A DNA stretch of 64,000 nucleotides from Macrostomum lignano (taxonomy: Eukaryota). Positions 24,201 to 38,500 of this stretch are shown in pieces. The stretch spans positions 124,001 through 188,000 of the forward strand of contig NIVC01000025.1 of assembly GCA_002269645.1 (NCBI GenBank), read 5' to 3'. The translations under genes and the position numbers were made by a program. Below the pieces are notes generated by a model. It saw only the letters and a program-made list of their open reading frames with translations. It did not search any database and was not told the DNA's origin. How positions within the stretch are numbered: position 1 is the first letter of the stretch; each line of letters starts with the position of its first letter.

Positions 24201-27069
24201 CGACACGCAGAGTCGTCTGATAGTCTCAAACAAACCCGGAAACTGCCGACTGTCAATGATGATTAGCGAGTAAGGGATTACGGATAATCTAAACAGGGAC
24301 ATGATGAAATTGATGATTAATTTGGCTGACAAATTAGTGGAATTCAAACTACCTTTGCAGCCATCAGGTGGGTTGTGAATTAAATCGCAGCACTAATTGA
24401 CCTTGATAATATTATTCCTTATAGATATCAGGGGCCGTAGCCCAGTGGTCCAGTGCGGCGCTTTGATCTGCCAGCGGCCCAGGCTCGATTACCAATTGAG
24501 TCACATTAATTTGGGGCTTAATTGGAATCTCGGCTTTATGGGTCTGGCCGTGCAATTAACGCCTTTGAGGGCCAACCCCCCAAGGCGCAGTGAAGTGTAC
24601 ATGCCTAACGATAAATAAAGTTAGGGCCGCTGTACACTCCTGTGTGAGTGTGTGCCTGCGTACGTATCCGCGCGCTTGTATGCCTGCTCAGGGGAGTCTG
24701 CGGAATGGGCAGCAATGCCTCTCGCCGGTTGTGCGACAATGTCGCTTAAAGTGCGCCAGGGTGCACACAGCCCCATGCCACTAATGAAAATCAGTAGATA
24801 TCAGTAGATACCAGTAGATATCATTAGATATCAGTAGAATTCAGTAGAATTCAGTAGATATCAATAGATACCAGTAGATATCAGTAGATATCAGTAGATA
24901 TCAGTAGATATCAGTAGAATCAGTAGATACCAGTAGATATCAGTAGATACCAGTAGATATCCGTAGAATCAGTAAATACCAGTAGATTACCGTAGATGCC
25001 TATAGATATCAGTAGATATCATTAGATACCAGTAGATATCAGTAGATACCAGTAGATACCAGTAGATATCAGTAGATACCAGTAGATACCAGTAGATACC
25101 AGTAGATACCAGTAGATACCAGTAGATACCAGTAGATATCATTAGATATCAGTAGATATCAGTAGATACCAGTAGAATTCAGTAGAATTGGGTAGATATT
25201 TGCCATGGGTAGAGATTGTTAGGCAGCGCTCTTATACAACATGATTCAGCAGTTACTCACCTGAGTCTCTGACAGGTTCAGTCCGGCCGCCAGCTCCTTC
25301 CTCTCCTGTCCAACAACGTAGTGATTCTTTTCGAACGCCTGCTCCAGCTGCAGCAGTTGGCCGGGAGAAAATGCCGTCCGAATTCGTTTCGGCTTTCGGT
25401 AGCTTTGGAACAGGAAGGCTTCGGGACCTGTTGGGATGCGGGAGGGAATTGAGATTCATGAGTTACCGGTCATTATATATAGGTTGCCAAGGTAACGCCG
25501 TCAGCTGCGGCTTCGAATCAGCAACAGATCGAATTAAGAAAGCGTACGATGTCGCAAAATGGGGGGGGGCGTTGACAGGCGCCAGTTTAGGGGCGCCAAC
25601 TTAGGGTGCCAACTTAGGGGCGCCAACTTAGAGGGCGCCAATTTAGAGGGCGCCGACTTAGTAGCGCCAACTTACCTGGAGAGGCGCCAACTAAGGATGC
25701 CAACTTAGGGGCGCCAGTTTTGGGGCGCTAGTGGAGAGGCGCCAACTTAGCAGCGCCATCTTAGGGGTGCCAGTTTAGGGGCGCCAGTTTAGGGGCGCCA
25801 ACTTAGCTGCGCCAACTTAGCTGCGCCAACTTAGGGCTTATCCGCGCCCCCACGGATGCGTGCAGGATTGATTCAATGAAATCAAAAACATTCAATTAGA
25901 TTTTAGCTTTCAAGAGCTTGAGGAATACTTGGATTTTAAAACCTACTCTCCGCTCTGACGCAGTTGGCAAATGGATGTGTAGTCAAGGTGGATAGGTGTA
26001 TCAATCTACCTGACACTATAATCTGCATTTCCATCTGCATTCAAATAAAAATTGTTGAGCAAACAAAGCCCAAGCATTTGTATTTTTCTCCACTAATTGA
26101 AGCCTAAAAGCGATGCAATATCGAGGCAATTTATAGAACCGTCCCATTGTTGCAAGCATTAGCTAAAACCCCCTCATTGTGCAGCAGCGCAGTTGCAGTC
26201 GAGGAGTGAGCACAAACCACCGTGTATAAGTGAGTAGCTGAATCGAGAGAGCTGATTAAATAAGAGGTGTTTTAAGCCGAAAGTGCTCAGTGATGAATCC
26301 ATAAAAATCTTTTAAATAGATGCCTGCTTGTCAGGCCCCATGCAGTGCCTCTCTGCGTGCTGTCACGTAGTGCTGTCACCTCCGACTGCTAATGAAGCAA
26401 TTTAAACTGCTGCTAGAGCGATGAAAAGGTTGAAAATAATTCCATTTTATCTGATTGTTGAAAGCACTCTGCAGGGCTGCACTGTTTTGTGTAAACAGTC
26501 AGGTTGGTCATGCTGTGCGCATTGTTAATTATCTCTACACCTCCATTCAGGCTTGTTGCTGTTTACCTGTCAGTCAGCTGGGGGTTCGTGCGCTTCTCAC
26601 GAATTCGAGCTACAGTGGCAATGCGACCCGGGTTCGATTCCCCAAGGCCTGCTGTCAGGGGCAGAGGCTCACCTGGGATGCGCACAGATCCCGGATGTCC
26701 GAACTGATGAGCTCCCGGCTGGGGCTGGAAGCGGGCGTGCAGCGCCTGCAGCCACATCCTTTGATCCGGTGTCTGCTGCAGCTGCTGTGGAAGCCGCGCA
26801 CCTGGAAACTGGCTCCAAAGTCTTAGAGGGGTCGGCACTGGAAACCCGGCCGCAGCCGCCGCAGCCGCAGCCGCCGCCGCCGCAACTGCAGCCGCCGTAT
26901 TAGTTGGTGCTGAAGTAGTCGCAGGCGCGGTTCCTCTTTCGCCGTCGGTAGCATTGGCGTTGCAGTCCTCAGCCGCCGCTGCTTGAGCAGACCGCTGCTC
27001 TCCGGCCTCCAAAGCGTCTTGATCTCCTTCGCACTTGCCGATCAGCTCAGCAATGGTGAAGCCGGTCAT
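21272..27069 (-). CDS. emx: Emx / empty spiracles homeobox transcription factor, 3 exons: 27069-26673, 25427-25261, 21547-21272 (about 279 aa)
   Basis: Spliced homeodomain [45 protein letters not shown]|[14 protein letters not shown] is diagnostic for Emx. N-terminal eh1-like GFTIAELI. Donors GTGAGC and GTGAGT; phases match. The middle exon is absent from the ORF track. Confidence 0.95.
21640..22085. repeat. 22-23-bp minisatellite (GATATTCTAATGTACAGAATGGT), Emx intron 2
   Basis: Direct reading. Confidence 0.95.
22660..23530. repeat. 15-bp minisatellite (ACCAGGGGCTTTAGC / ACCAGGGGCGCCAGC), Emx intron 2
   Basis: Direct reading; 5-aa periodic ORFs in several frames. Confidence 0.95.
24431..24775 (+). 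mobile_element. tRNA-derived SINE, copy 1
   Basis: GGGGCCGTAGCCCAGTGG (A box) and GGCTCGATTACC (B-box-like); body shared with 29274-29625 and 57071-57405. Confidence 0.85.
24790..25190. repeat. 10-bp minisatellite ((T/C)CAGTAGATA)
   Basis: Direct reading. Confidence 0.9.
25575..25835. repeat. Degenerate 13-15-bp repeat (GGCGCCAACTTAG), Emx intron 1
   Basis: Direct reading. Confidence 0.85.
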
Positions 27070-27169
27070 TTAGGGGGAGTTGAACTGCTTGTTTCTTTTT
27101 AAACAAAGACTGCAGCCTAGAGAGCCCGAGCCAGACTGTTTTCAGAGGGAGCTTTGATTTGATTTTCTT

Positions 27170-27345
27170 TTATTAGCTATAAAGAATATCTTGCCGCTAT
27201 GGTGAGCAGGGCCGGGACTCATTTGAGCAGAGCATTAGTGGTCCACAGCCAGCCCCAATCCCCCCTCACCGTTCTCTCATTGGCTGCAGTAAGCGCGGCC
27301 TCTGACCAACCCCGCCCCATCTCTTCTAGGGGCCGCGCCGCGCCA
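27170..27345 (-). promoter_or_regulatory. Candidate Emx proximal promoter (CCAAT box, GC box)
   Basis: GCAGCCAATG on the - strand near 27280 and CCCCGCCC near 27310, 200-250 bp upstream of the ATG. Motifs only; no transcript evidence. Confidence 0.35.
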
Positions 27346-27429
27346 AGCTCCTCACCTCCTCAACTTGGTCCTCATCATAGCGCACATCCGGTCCCCGCGC
27401 GTGGCAACTGCAGATAATCATTTGCTATC

Positions 27430-28570
<1,141 letters not shown>

Positions 28571-29273
28571 TTATAACATAGTTATGTGCTTGTACATGCA
28601 TGTTGTCATATATTTAAGTAGCTTTTAGATGTACTTAGCCTTGTGTGAGCCAACGATAACACGCAAAAATGGCACATTTTAGATACATTTACAATTATTG
28701 CATTGTTGGGCCGAGATTTACATATAACTGTATATATATTTTTAAAACAAAAATCTTTGTATTCGCTATTTAAACTGTGCTCGGGAACTTCAGCTCTGAT
28801 CTGCTCCTTTGGCTTCAGATCATTTCAATGTATTATTAAAATTATTGCATAAATTTCGTTTGGTCCCTTTCAATATTTTTCTGGGAACTTCCAGCAAAAA
28901 CTTCGAAGGGCGAGCGGCCAATTCGCACCACATAGCACTCTTGGTATTGGTATGCATCTCTAAAGGAAGAAAGGAAGAGTTAGTCCAACTAAATTATTAG
29001 TTTGAACAATGCTTTATTCATACATGAATGTGGTACCGTTGTACAAGTCCCAATTTACAAATCGTACAAGTCCCTAACGAAGCACGTTTGGCTAAATTTG
29101 GCTCATATTTTTACATATAGAAATTTGTATAGCATTAGACATACCTGGTAACTGATATCCAGTTCTTATTATTCTTAAAATAATTCTACATTTTTATGAC
29201 GAGAGTTTAGCAGCTCAGTATTTCGTTTTTGTTGCTGTCCCAAAAAAGCGTGCTGAAGAAAGAATTTGTTAGG

Positions 29274-29680
29274 GGGGCCGTAGCCCAGCGGTAGCGCAGC
29301 TGCTCTGGTGTGCCAGCGACCCAGGCTCGATTCCAAGTGCAGCCACATTAATTTGGGGCTGAATTGGAATTTCGGCTTGGCTCGCTTGTGCAATTAACGG
29401 CCTTGAGAGCCAACCCCCCAAGGCGCAGTGAAGTGTACATGCCTAACAATGCCTAACATGCCTAAAGTTAGGGCCGCTGTACACTCCTGTGTGAGTGTGT
29501 GCCTGCGTAACGTATCCGCGCGCTTGTATGCCTGCTCAGGGGAGTCGGCGGAATGGGCAGTAATGCCTCTCGCCGGTTGTGTGCCTATGTCGCCTAAAGT
29601 GCGCCAGGGTGCACACAACCCCCCTGCCTTTGTTACTTGTAAGTAACTTTGTTACTTGAGAAGTAATTTGTTACTTCTTC
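29274..29680 (+). mobile_element. tRNA-derived SINE, copy 2 (most complete, with repeat tail)
   Basis: GGGGCCGTAGCCCAGCGGTAGCGC (A box), GGCTCGATTCC (B box), shared body, tail of TTTGTTACTT repeats. Confidence 0.88.
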
Positions 29681-30755
29681 CGGCTTTATTGCGATAAAAC
29701 AAAATTAGTAAGTTATACCGACAAATTATGCATAGATAGTATTCTTTGAAACATATTTTATATCTTATCGTAACAAAACAAATGAAAATATCCTTAAAAA
29801 ATAATGCTTACAAAGCATTCTTTTGACTCTACAGACAATATTCATAATTTGTCGTAGAAATAGTCAGGGAATTTTCACCTAATGTTTTAGACTCATTAAG
29901 TACATAATTCAGTATGCTCAGCTGTACAGTACTGATGCTGAAAACGACTTTAACTTTGTCTTTTCTGTAAGCATGAATATAAAATCTATATAGAAAATCA
30001 TTTTACAGTTAATTTAAAGCTAGCTCTTGTTAGTAATGGCTTTTAATTATTGTAGTTTTGATAGGAAGTCTTCATATTATATATTTACGATCTGAATATT
30101 TTCATCATTTTTAATTTGTTTACTGTTCCACGACACACACGAAGTAGAAGATGAAGAATTCTTAGATTTTTTATTTTACCTTTTTGATTTATTAAGCCAG
30201 TTTACTATTTTGGCATCATTTTAGTATAATAAAAATGAATACTTCATGGTGGATTCATCATATTCTATTAAATATTTAGTTAGTTTGAATAGCTATTTAT
30301 ATTTTAGCTGTGATATGAGTGTTAGGCTATTACAGAAATTAAAAAATCCAGTTATTAGAAAGTGGAATATAATTACATAATCTATATAATCTACTAGTGT
30401 AATTCTTTTTTTTTAATTACACTTGTACCTCATACTATAGTCATATGATACTATTATCATATTTTAAAGTGTACAAAAATAAATACAACACAAATCATCA
30501 AATGAGAAGTAAAATATGCACAAACAAAAATCCATAGTAGTTTTTTAAAGAAAACAGTTTTTCGTCTTTAGTTTTCACTTCCATTTTTATTAATTCTAAA
30601 AAACTTTCGAAGAATCAGTTTGCTCAACAATAATATAAAGTCCAAAAATAGTAAACAAATAAAATTAGCAAATAAAAAACTGTTGGTAAATAGCAAATTT
30701 GTTATTAAGATTTATACTGAGAATAATAAGACTGATCTCTCTTTTACTTCTTCAG

Positions 30756-32501
30756 ATGTCGTTAAGGCTGACTAAAAAAGCAGACGTCGACGCGGAATCC
30801 GAACCCGACAGCCGGCAGCCAGCTGACGAAGCGACGTCCGCGACGGAAGATGACGAGGAGGACCAGGGCGAAGAAGACGATGTCGACGACGACGAAAACC
30901 TTGACGACGACGACGACGACAACGACGACGACGACGACGAAGAGGTGAGCGCAGCCGGGGAGCTGACTCTGGAAGACGATCTGACGGCCAGCGTGCTGAT
31001 CGACGCAGCGCCAGTTGTCGGTGAAGACGACGACGAAGTTACCGGCGAAGGCGACGATGAAGAGGAGGAAGACGACGACGAGGAGACGGCATCGCCAGCC
31101 CCAGCTGATCAGTGGCTGCCGAAGTCAAGCAACATCGTTAAGCCGACGCCGCCGCCGCTGCCGATTGTGCCGATGCCGAAGGCTGCGAAGCCGTCCACGG
31201 TGGTGAAACTGGCGCCAACCGAGGAGACGGACAGGTCGACGAAGCCTCCGGTGCCGACGGGCAGCGCTAAGAAGAAGAAAAAGAAAAAGTAAGATTAGAT
31301 TGGGTAAATGCGCTTACTGAAGGAGTTAGCGGCGCTTACTGAAGGTGGTAGTAGCGCTTACTGAAAAGAGCTAACGGCGCTTACTGGAGGTGGTAGCAGC
31401 GCTTACTGAAGGTGTTAGCGGCGCTTACTGAAGGAGGTTTTCAGCTTACTGAAGGGAGTTAGAGGCGGTTACTTAAAGTGCGATTCGCGCTTAGTGAAAA
31501 CTTTTAGCGGCTGACTGAAGGTGCTAGGCGTATCTGGGCGAACCCGAAATGAATTCAAGAATTTTTGCAGACTCCTAAACATTTCAGTGAAAAATGTTTG
31601 AAGAAATATTTCATTATTAGTACAATTTAATAACAATGTTTTTCAGGGTTTACACAATTTGCTTAACCAGCTGCAAATACGATGTCGGTGAGTGCAGTGC
31701 CCCCTTGAAATATCTACATATTGTTGGCCCCAATAATTTAAGTTCTACCAAATAAAACTGTATTTACCATCTTGCAGTCCGTCGATCTGCCCGTCGGGTC
31801 GGTTTTCGCGAAGTCGAAGAGGATGACGACTGGAACGTGTATTGGACAGACACATACGTGACCATAGACAAAGTCTGCGCTATGAAGAAGTACCAGGTAA
31901 CTGCTAGCACAGATTCGTATCCGAGGCCCCGAAAAGCCTACAGGGGTTTGGGCCATAGACACCCAGCTGCTGCTGCTAGTGCTTGAGAGCAGCATAAGCT
32001 ACAGTCTATGGTCTGAACCCCCGGCTGGAGTGGTCCATCTAGGGGCAGATAGAATCCGTGGCTGCAACTGAAGACCATAGAAGCTTACTGGGCATTTGAT
32101 TTTTTACCATAGACAGTAGTCTAGGGAATATTTATTATTATCAATATTTCACAGACGACAATAACAATTATTATTGGGAATTCTGTACTAAAAACCTTCT
32201 CATGTCGTACTTTTGTACTTTTGCTTTGTTTTTTTAAGTTGCATCTTTGACATTCAAAAAACATTTTATCTTGAAATTATCGCCCATAATGGAAAAACCA
32301 ACACAGAAAATCAATCATTTTCCGGGAATGAGCGAGATCTGCAGGAAAGATAATCTTAGCCGGAATTTGGCCCGAATGCAGAAGCTCTTTCCTAAGGAGT
32401 TCGCCAATATAGCGCCCAAGACTTGGATACTGCCTGCCGAGTGAGTCTGTGCTTAAGGATATGATCGATAGATAGGGTGAACAGGTAGAATAGATGGCTA
32501 T

Positions 32502-32553
<52 letters not shown>

Positions 32554-35500
32554 TACAGACAGACAGACAGACAGACATACAGACAGACAGACAGACAGAC
32601 ACTAAGACACTAAGACAGACAGACAGACAGACAGACACTAAGAAACTAAGACAAGATAGATAGACAGTGTCTAAGACAGACAGACACTTTATATTTCCCG
32701 AACCCATCCCCTGCCAGCTGGGGAGAGTTGCAGGCGTTCGCCCGCAGCAAGAAGCACAAGACTTACATCCTGAAGCCGGAGGCCAGCTGCCAGGGCAAGG
32801 GCATCTGGTGCACTAAAAACGCCAAGGACATCAAACCGGGCGAGCATCAGATCTGCCAGTTGTACCTCACCAAGGTGAGATCGGCTGTAGTCTCTGCTTA
32901 ATCAAGCAGCTCGTTGTTATCTATGGGTTTATCTATTCTTATCCATATTGACTAGATTAGCAATCCATATTGACTAGATTAGCAATACATATTGACTCAA
33001 CCTCAACTTCTTTCATCCGCCGCAGCCGTTTCTCATAGACGGCTACAAATTCGATCTGAGGGTCTACGTGCTGGTGACCAGTTGCGACCCGTTGCGCATT
33101 TTTGTCTTCAAAGAAGGTCTCGCCCGGTTTACCACAGTGAAGTACAGGGACCCCACTAATGGCAATCTGGTAAGCTTTATCGGTTTATTAGTTAAAAATT
33201 TACAAAACTTTAAGAACCGGAGGTAAATAGAAACAAAATGTTTTTTTCGGGTGCTTGTGTAACTTTTATATTCGTGCTTTGTTTGTTAAAATTGCAGGAA
33301 AATATCTACATGCACCTGACTAACTATGCTGTGCAGAAGGGCCGGAAGGACTACGTTCGCAATGATGAAGAGGGCGGAACAAAAAGGTTTGTGTGGGGAA
33401 ATGGGATCGGTGTGGGTGGGGAAATGGGATTGGTGTGTGTGTGTGTGGGGGAAATGGGATTGGTGTGTGTGGGGGAATGGGATCGGTGTGTATGGGAAAA
33501 TGGGATCGATGTGTGTGAGGAAATGGGATTGGTGTGTGTGGGGGAATGGGATCGATGTGTGTGGGGAAATGGGATCGGTGTGTGTGGGAAAATGGGATCG
33601 ATGTGTGTGGGGAAATGGGATCGGTGTGTGTGGGGAAATGGGATTGGTGTGTGTGGGGGGAATGGGATTGGTGTGTGTGGGGAAATGGGATTGGTGTGTG
33701 TGGGGGGAATGGGATTTGTGTGTGTGGGGGGAATGGGATTGGTGTGTGTGGGGAAATGGGATCGATGTGTGTGGGGAAATGGGATCGGTGTGTGTGGGAA
33801 AATGGGATCGATGTGTGTGGGGAAATGGGATCGGTGTGTGTGGGGAAATGGGATTGGTGTGTGTGTGTGGGGGAAATGGGATTGGTGTGTGTGGGGGAAT
33901 GGGATCGGTGTGTATGGGAAAATGGGATCGATGTGTGTGGGGAAATGGGATCGGTGTGTGTGGGGAAATGGGATTGGTGTGTGTGTGTGGGGGAAATGGG
34001 ATTGGTGTGTGTGGGGGAATGGGATCGGTGTGTATGGGAAAATGGGATCGATGTGTGTGAGGAAATGGGATTGGTGTGTGTGGGGGAATGGGATCGATGT
34101 GTGTGGGGAAATGGGATCGGTGTGTGTGGGAAAATGGGATCGATGTGTGTGGGGAAATGGGATCGGTGTGTGTGGGGAAATGGGATTGGTGTGTGTGGGG
34201 GGAATGGGATTGGTGTGTGTGGGGAAATGGGATTGGTGTGTGTGGGGGGAATGGGATTTGTGTGTGTGTGGGGAATGGGATTGGTGTGTGTGGGGAAATG
34301 GGATCGATGTGTGTGGGGAAATGGGATCGGTGTGTGTGGGAAAATGGGATCGATGTGTGTGGGGAAATGGGATCGGTGTGTGTGGGGAAATGTGATTGGT
34401 GTGTGTGGGGGGAATGGGATTGGTGTGTGTGGGGAAATGGGATTAGTGTGTGTGGGAAAATGGGATCGGTGTGTGTGGGAAAATGGGATCGATGTGTGTG
34501 GGGAAATGGGATCGGTGTGTGTGGGGAAATGGGATTGGTGTGTGTGGGGGGAATGGGATTGGTGTGTGTGGGGAAATGGGATTAGTGTGTGTGGGGAAAT
34601 GGGATTGGTGTGTGTGGGGAAATGGGATTTGTGTGTGTGGGGGGAATGGGATTGGTGTGTGTGGGGAAATGGGATTAGTGTGTGTGGGGAAATGGGATCG
34701 GTGTGTGTGGGGAAATGGGATTGGTGTGTGTGGGGAAATGGGATTTGTGTGTGTGGGGGGAATGGGATTGGTGTGTGTGGGGAAATGGGATTGGTGTGTG
34801 TGGGGGAATGGGATTGGTGTGTGTGGGGAAATGGGATTAGTGTGTGTGGGGAAATGGGATCGGTGTGTGTGGGGAAATGTGATTGGTGTGTGTGGGGGGA
34901 ATGGGATTGGTGTGTGTGGGGAAATGGGATCGGTGTGTGTGGGGAAATGGGATTGGTGTGTGTGGGGGAATGGGATTAGTGTGTGTGGGGAAAAGGGATT
35001 GGTGTGTGTGGGGAAATGGGATTGGTGTGTGTGGGGGAATGGGATTGGTGTGTGTGGGGGAATGGGATTGGTGTGTGTGGGGGAATGGGATTGGTGTGTG
35101 TGGGGGAATGGGATTGGTGTGTGTGGGGAAATGGGATTTGTGTGTGTGGGGGAATGGGATTGGTGTGTGTGGGGGAATGGGATTGGTGTGTGTGGGGGAA
35201 TGGGATTAGTGTGTGTGGGGAAAAGGGATTGGTGTGTGTGGGGAAATGGGATTGGTGTGTGTGGGGAAATGGGATTGGTGTGTGTGGGGGAATGGGATTG
35301 GTGTGTGTGGGGAAATGGGATTGGTGTGTGTGGGGGAATGGGATTGGTGTGTCAAGTTGGGAAAATGGTGTGAAACAAGAATGCGATGCGAGTTGAGGCC
35401 ACCCAGCGCTGGTAACCCCACCGCAGACGCATATCGACCATCAACCGCTGGCTGGAGAACAACAACCACGACGTCGCCAAACTGTGGGCAGACATTGACG

Positions 35501-38500
35501 ACATCATCATCAAGACGGTGATGTCTGCCCACTACGTAGTGAAGCACAATTATCGCACCTGCTTCCCTAATCACGTGAGAGGTTCCGCTTGTTTCGAAAT
35601 TCTCGGTTTCGACATCATCTTAGACCGGAAGCTGCGGCCCCAGGTGCTCGAGGTCAACCATAGTCCATCGTTCAGCACAGACTCTCGACTAGACCGGGAA
35701 ATCAAGGAGGCCCTGATCACGGACACGCTCAATCTCATCAATGTTGGCGCGGTTGATCGCAAGAAAGTAATTGAGGAGGAACGCCGAAAGATTCAGGACC
35801 GACTTTTCCAGCGGAACAGCAGGAAGGAGACCAAGTGAGTTGCCCCGGCTGAGGCCAGTCTCCCTTCTGGCAGTCGAATTTGATGATGAAGCTGAGCAAA
35901 TAGAGAATCCCCATTCGCTGCGGCAGGAACCACTGCTACAGAGCTGCTCTCGGCCATAGACAATAAAAACTCGCAATTCCCAGCTGCACCCGGCCATAGA
36001 CAATAAAAACTCGCAATTCCCAGCTGCACCCGGCCATAGACAATAAAAACTTGCAGTTCCCAGCTGCACCCGGCCATAGACAATAAAACCCGCAATTCCC
36101 AGCTGCTCTCGGCCATAGACAATAAAACTCGCAATTCCCAGCTGCACCCGGCCATAGACAATAAAAACTCGCAATTCCCAGCTGCTCTCGGCCATAGACA
36201 ATAAAACTCGCAATTCCCAGCGGCACCCGGCCATAGACAATAAAACCCGCAATTCCCAGCTGCACCGGCCTAAGACCATAAAAACCCGCAATTCCCAACT
36301 GCACCGGCCTAAGACCATAAAAACTCGCAATTCCCAGCTGCACCCGGCCATAGACAATAAAAACTCGCAATTCCCAGCTGCACCCGGCCATAGACAATAA
36401 AAACTCGCAATTCCCAGCTGCTCTCGGCCATAGACAATAAAACTCGCAATTCCCAGCGGCACCCGGCCATAGACAATAAAACCCGCAATTCCCAGCTGCA
36501 CCGGCCTTAGACCATAAAAACTCGCAATTCCCAACTGCACCGGCCTAAGACCATAAAAACTCGCAATTCCCAACTGCACCGGCCTAAGACCGTAAAAACT
36601 CGCAATTCCCAGCTACACCCGGTCATAGACAATAAAAACCCGCAATTCCCAGCTGCACCCGGCCATAGACAATAAAAACTCGCAGTTCCCAGCTGCACCC
36701 GGCCATAGACAATAAAACCCGCAATTCCCAGCTGCACCGGCCTTAGACCATAAAAACTCGCAATTCCCAGCTGCACCCGGCCATAGACAATAAAACCCGC
36801 AATTCCCAGCTGCACCGGCCTTAGACCATAAAAACTCGCAATTCCCAGCTGCACCCGGCCATAGACAATAAAACCCGCAATTCCCAGCTGCACCGGCCTT
36901 AGACCATAAAAACTCGCAATTCCCAGCTGCACCCGGCCATAGACAATAAAACCCGCAATTCCCAGCTGCACCGGCCTTAGACCATAAAAACTCGCAATTC
37001 CCAGCTGCACCCGGCCATAGACAATAAAACCCGCAATTCCCAGCTGCACCGGCCTTAGACCATAAAAACTCGCAATTCCCAGCTGCACCCGGCCATAGAC
37101 AATAAAACCCGCAATTCCCAGCTGCACCGGCCTTAGACCATAAAAACTCGCAATTCCCAGCTGCACCCGGCCATAGACAATAAAACCCGCAATTCCCAGC
37201 TGCACCGCCCTTAGACCATAAAAACTCGCAATTCCCAGCTGCACCCGGCCATAGACAATAAAAACCCGCAATTCCCAGCTGCACCCGGCCATAGACAATA
37301 AAACCCGCAATTCCCAGCTGCACCCGGCCATAGACAATAAAACCCGCAATTCCCAGCTGCACCGGCCTTAGACAATAAAACCCGCAATTCCCAGCTGCAC
37401 CCGGCCATAGACAATAAAGTAAAACTCCCCCGCAGACTGCAAGCAAAGCAAGCTGCTTAAGGCTGTTCTCTCTGGTTTAAAGTTAATGTTCTCTTGAATC
37501 GAAGAATTTCAAAGCACGAAAGTTGAATTATGTCTTCACTTGGGGCGGATTGTGCCGCAGCAAATGAGAATTCTCAACTTACCTGCTAACCTGCTAATTT
37601 GGGGCTTGTTTTTACAATAGTAACAACATGTTTCTCCCAATTTCAAGGAGCGAAATTTACCAACGGGAAAGGTACCATTTTTGATTCAGTTCTTTCGTAC
37701 AAAATGTACTTTTATTTTATTGCGCTACTTAAACGAGTCTATATCTCTCTACATTGGTATAGAGTGTACTGTGAAGCTCATTGTACCATACATTTCACAA
37801 CATCAATACCCGTGTGATATTAACCAAATAAAAATATTAATCTTCAGTTTTAGAGTGGCCTATTATATTTATTGTGCGCTATTGTCTTGCCGCTTATCTT
37901 TGTGAAACTGTCATTCAATGTGCAATCCAGTGTTTATCTTACCGACTATTGTTGTAATATTGTATTTGTTGCTTTTGTTTAGCAAAATAATTAATTTGCA
38001 AAAGTGAGACCCGATCCCATGGAACAGTGACAATTTACCAATACAATTAGTGAAAATTTACCGATACAATTAGTGAAAATTTACCGATACAATCGGTGAC
38101 AAGTTACCAGCCAAGTCAGTGCCAATTTAACAACCAAATCAGTGAAAATTCAGACACTGAGAGTTTACCAATTCAGACACTGAGAGTTTACCAATTCAGA
38201 CACTGAGAGTTTACCAATTCAAACACTGAGAGTTTATCAATTCAGACACTGAGAGTTTACCAATTCAGACACTGAGAGTTTACCAATTCAGACACTGAGA
38301 GTTTACCAATTCAGACACTGAGAGTTTATCAATTCAGACACTGAGAGTTTACCAATTCAGACACTGAGAGTTTACCAATTCAGACACTGAGAGTTTACCA
38401 ATTCAGACACTGAGAGTTTACCAATTCAGACACTGAGAGTTTACCAATTCAGACACTGAGAGTTTACCAATTCAGACACTGAGAGTTTACCAATTCAGAC

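Noticed and set aside
26607-26645. tRNA-like fragment (GAGCTACAGTGG...CCCGGGTTCGATTCCCC) in Emx intron 1
   Set aside because: A and B boxes only about 12 nt apart, no anticodon arm or acceptor stem; not a tRNA gene.
26563-26672. Extension of Emx exon 1 to the donor at 26566
   Set aside because: Phase 2 there does not fit the phase-1 homeobox exon; the GTGAGC donor at 26672 fits.
33238-35373. Long Cys/Trp/Gly-rich ORFs resembling metal-binding or keratin-associated proteins
   Set aside because: All three plus frames are open readings of a 23-bp array lying between a TTLL donor (33387) and acceptor (35426) whose flanking exons join in phase.
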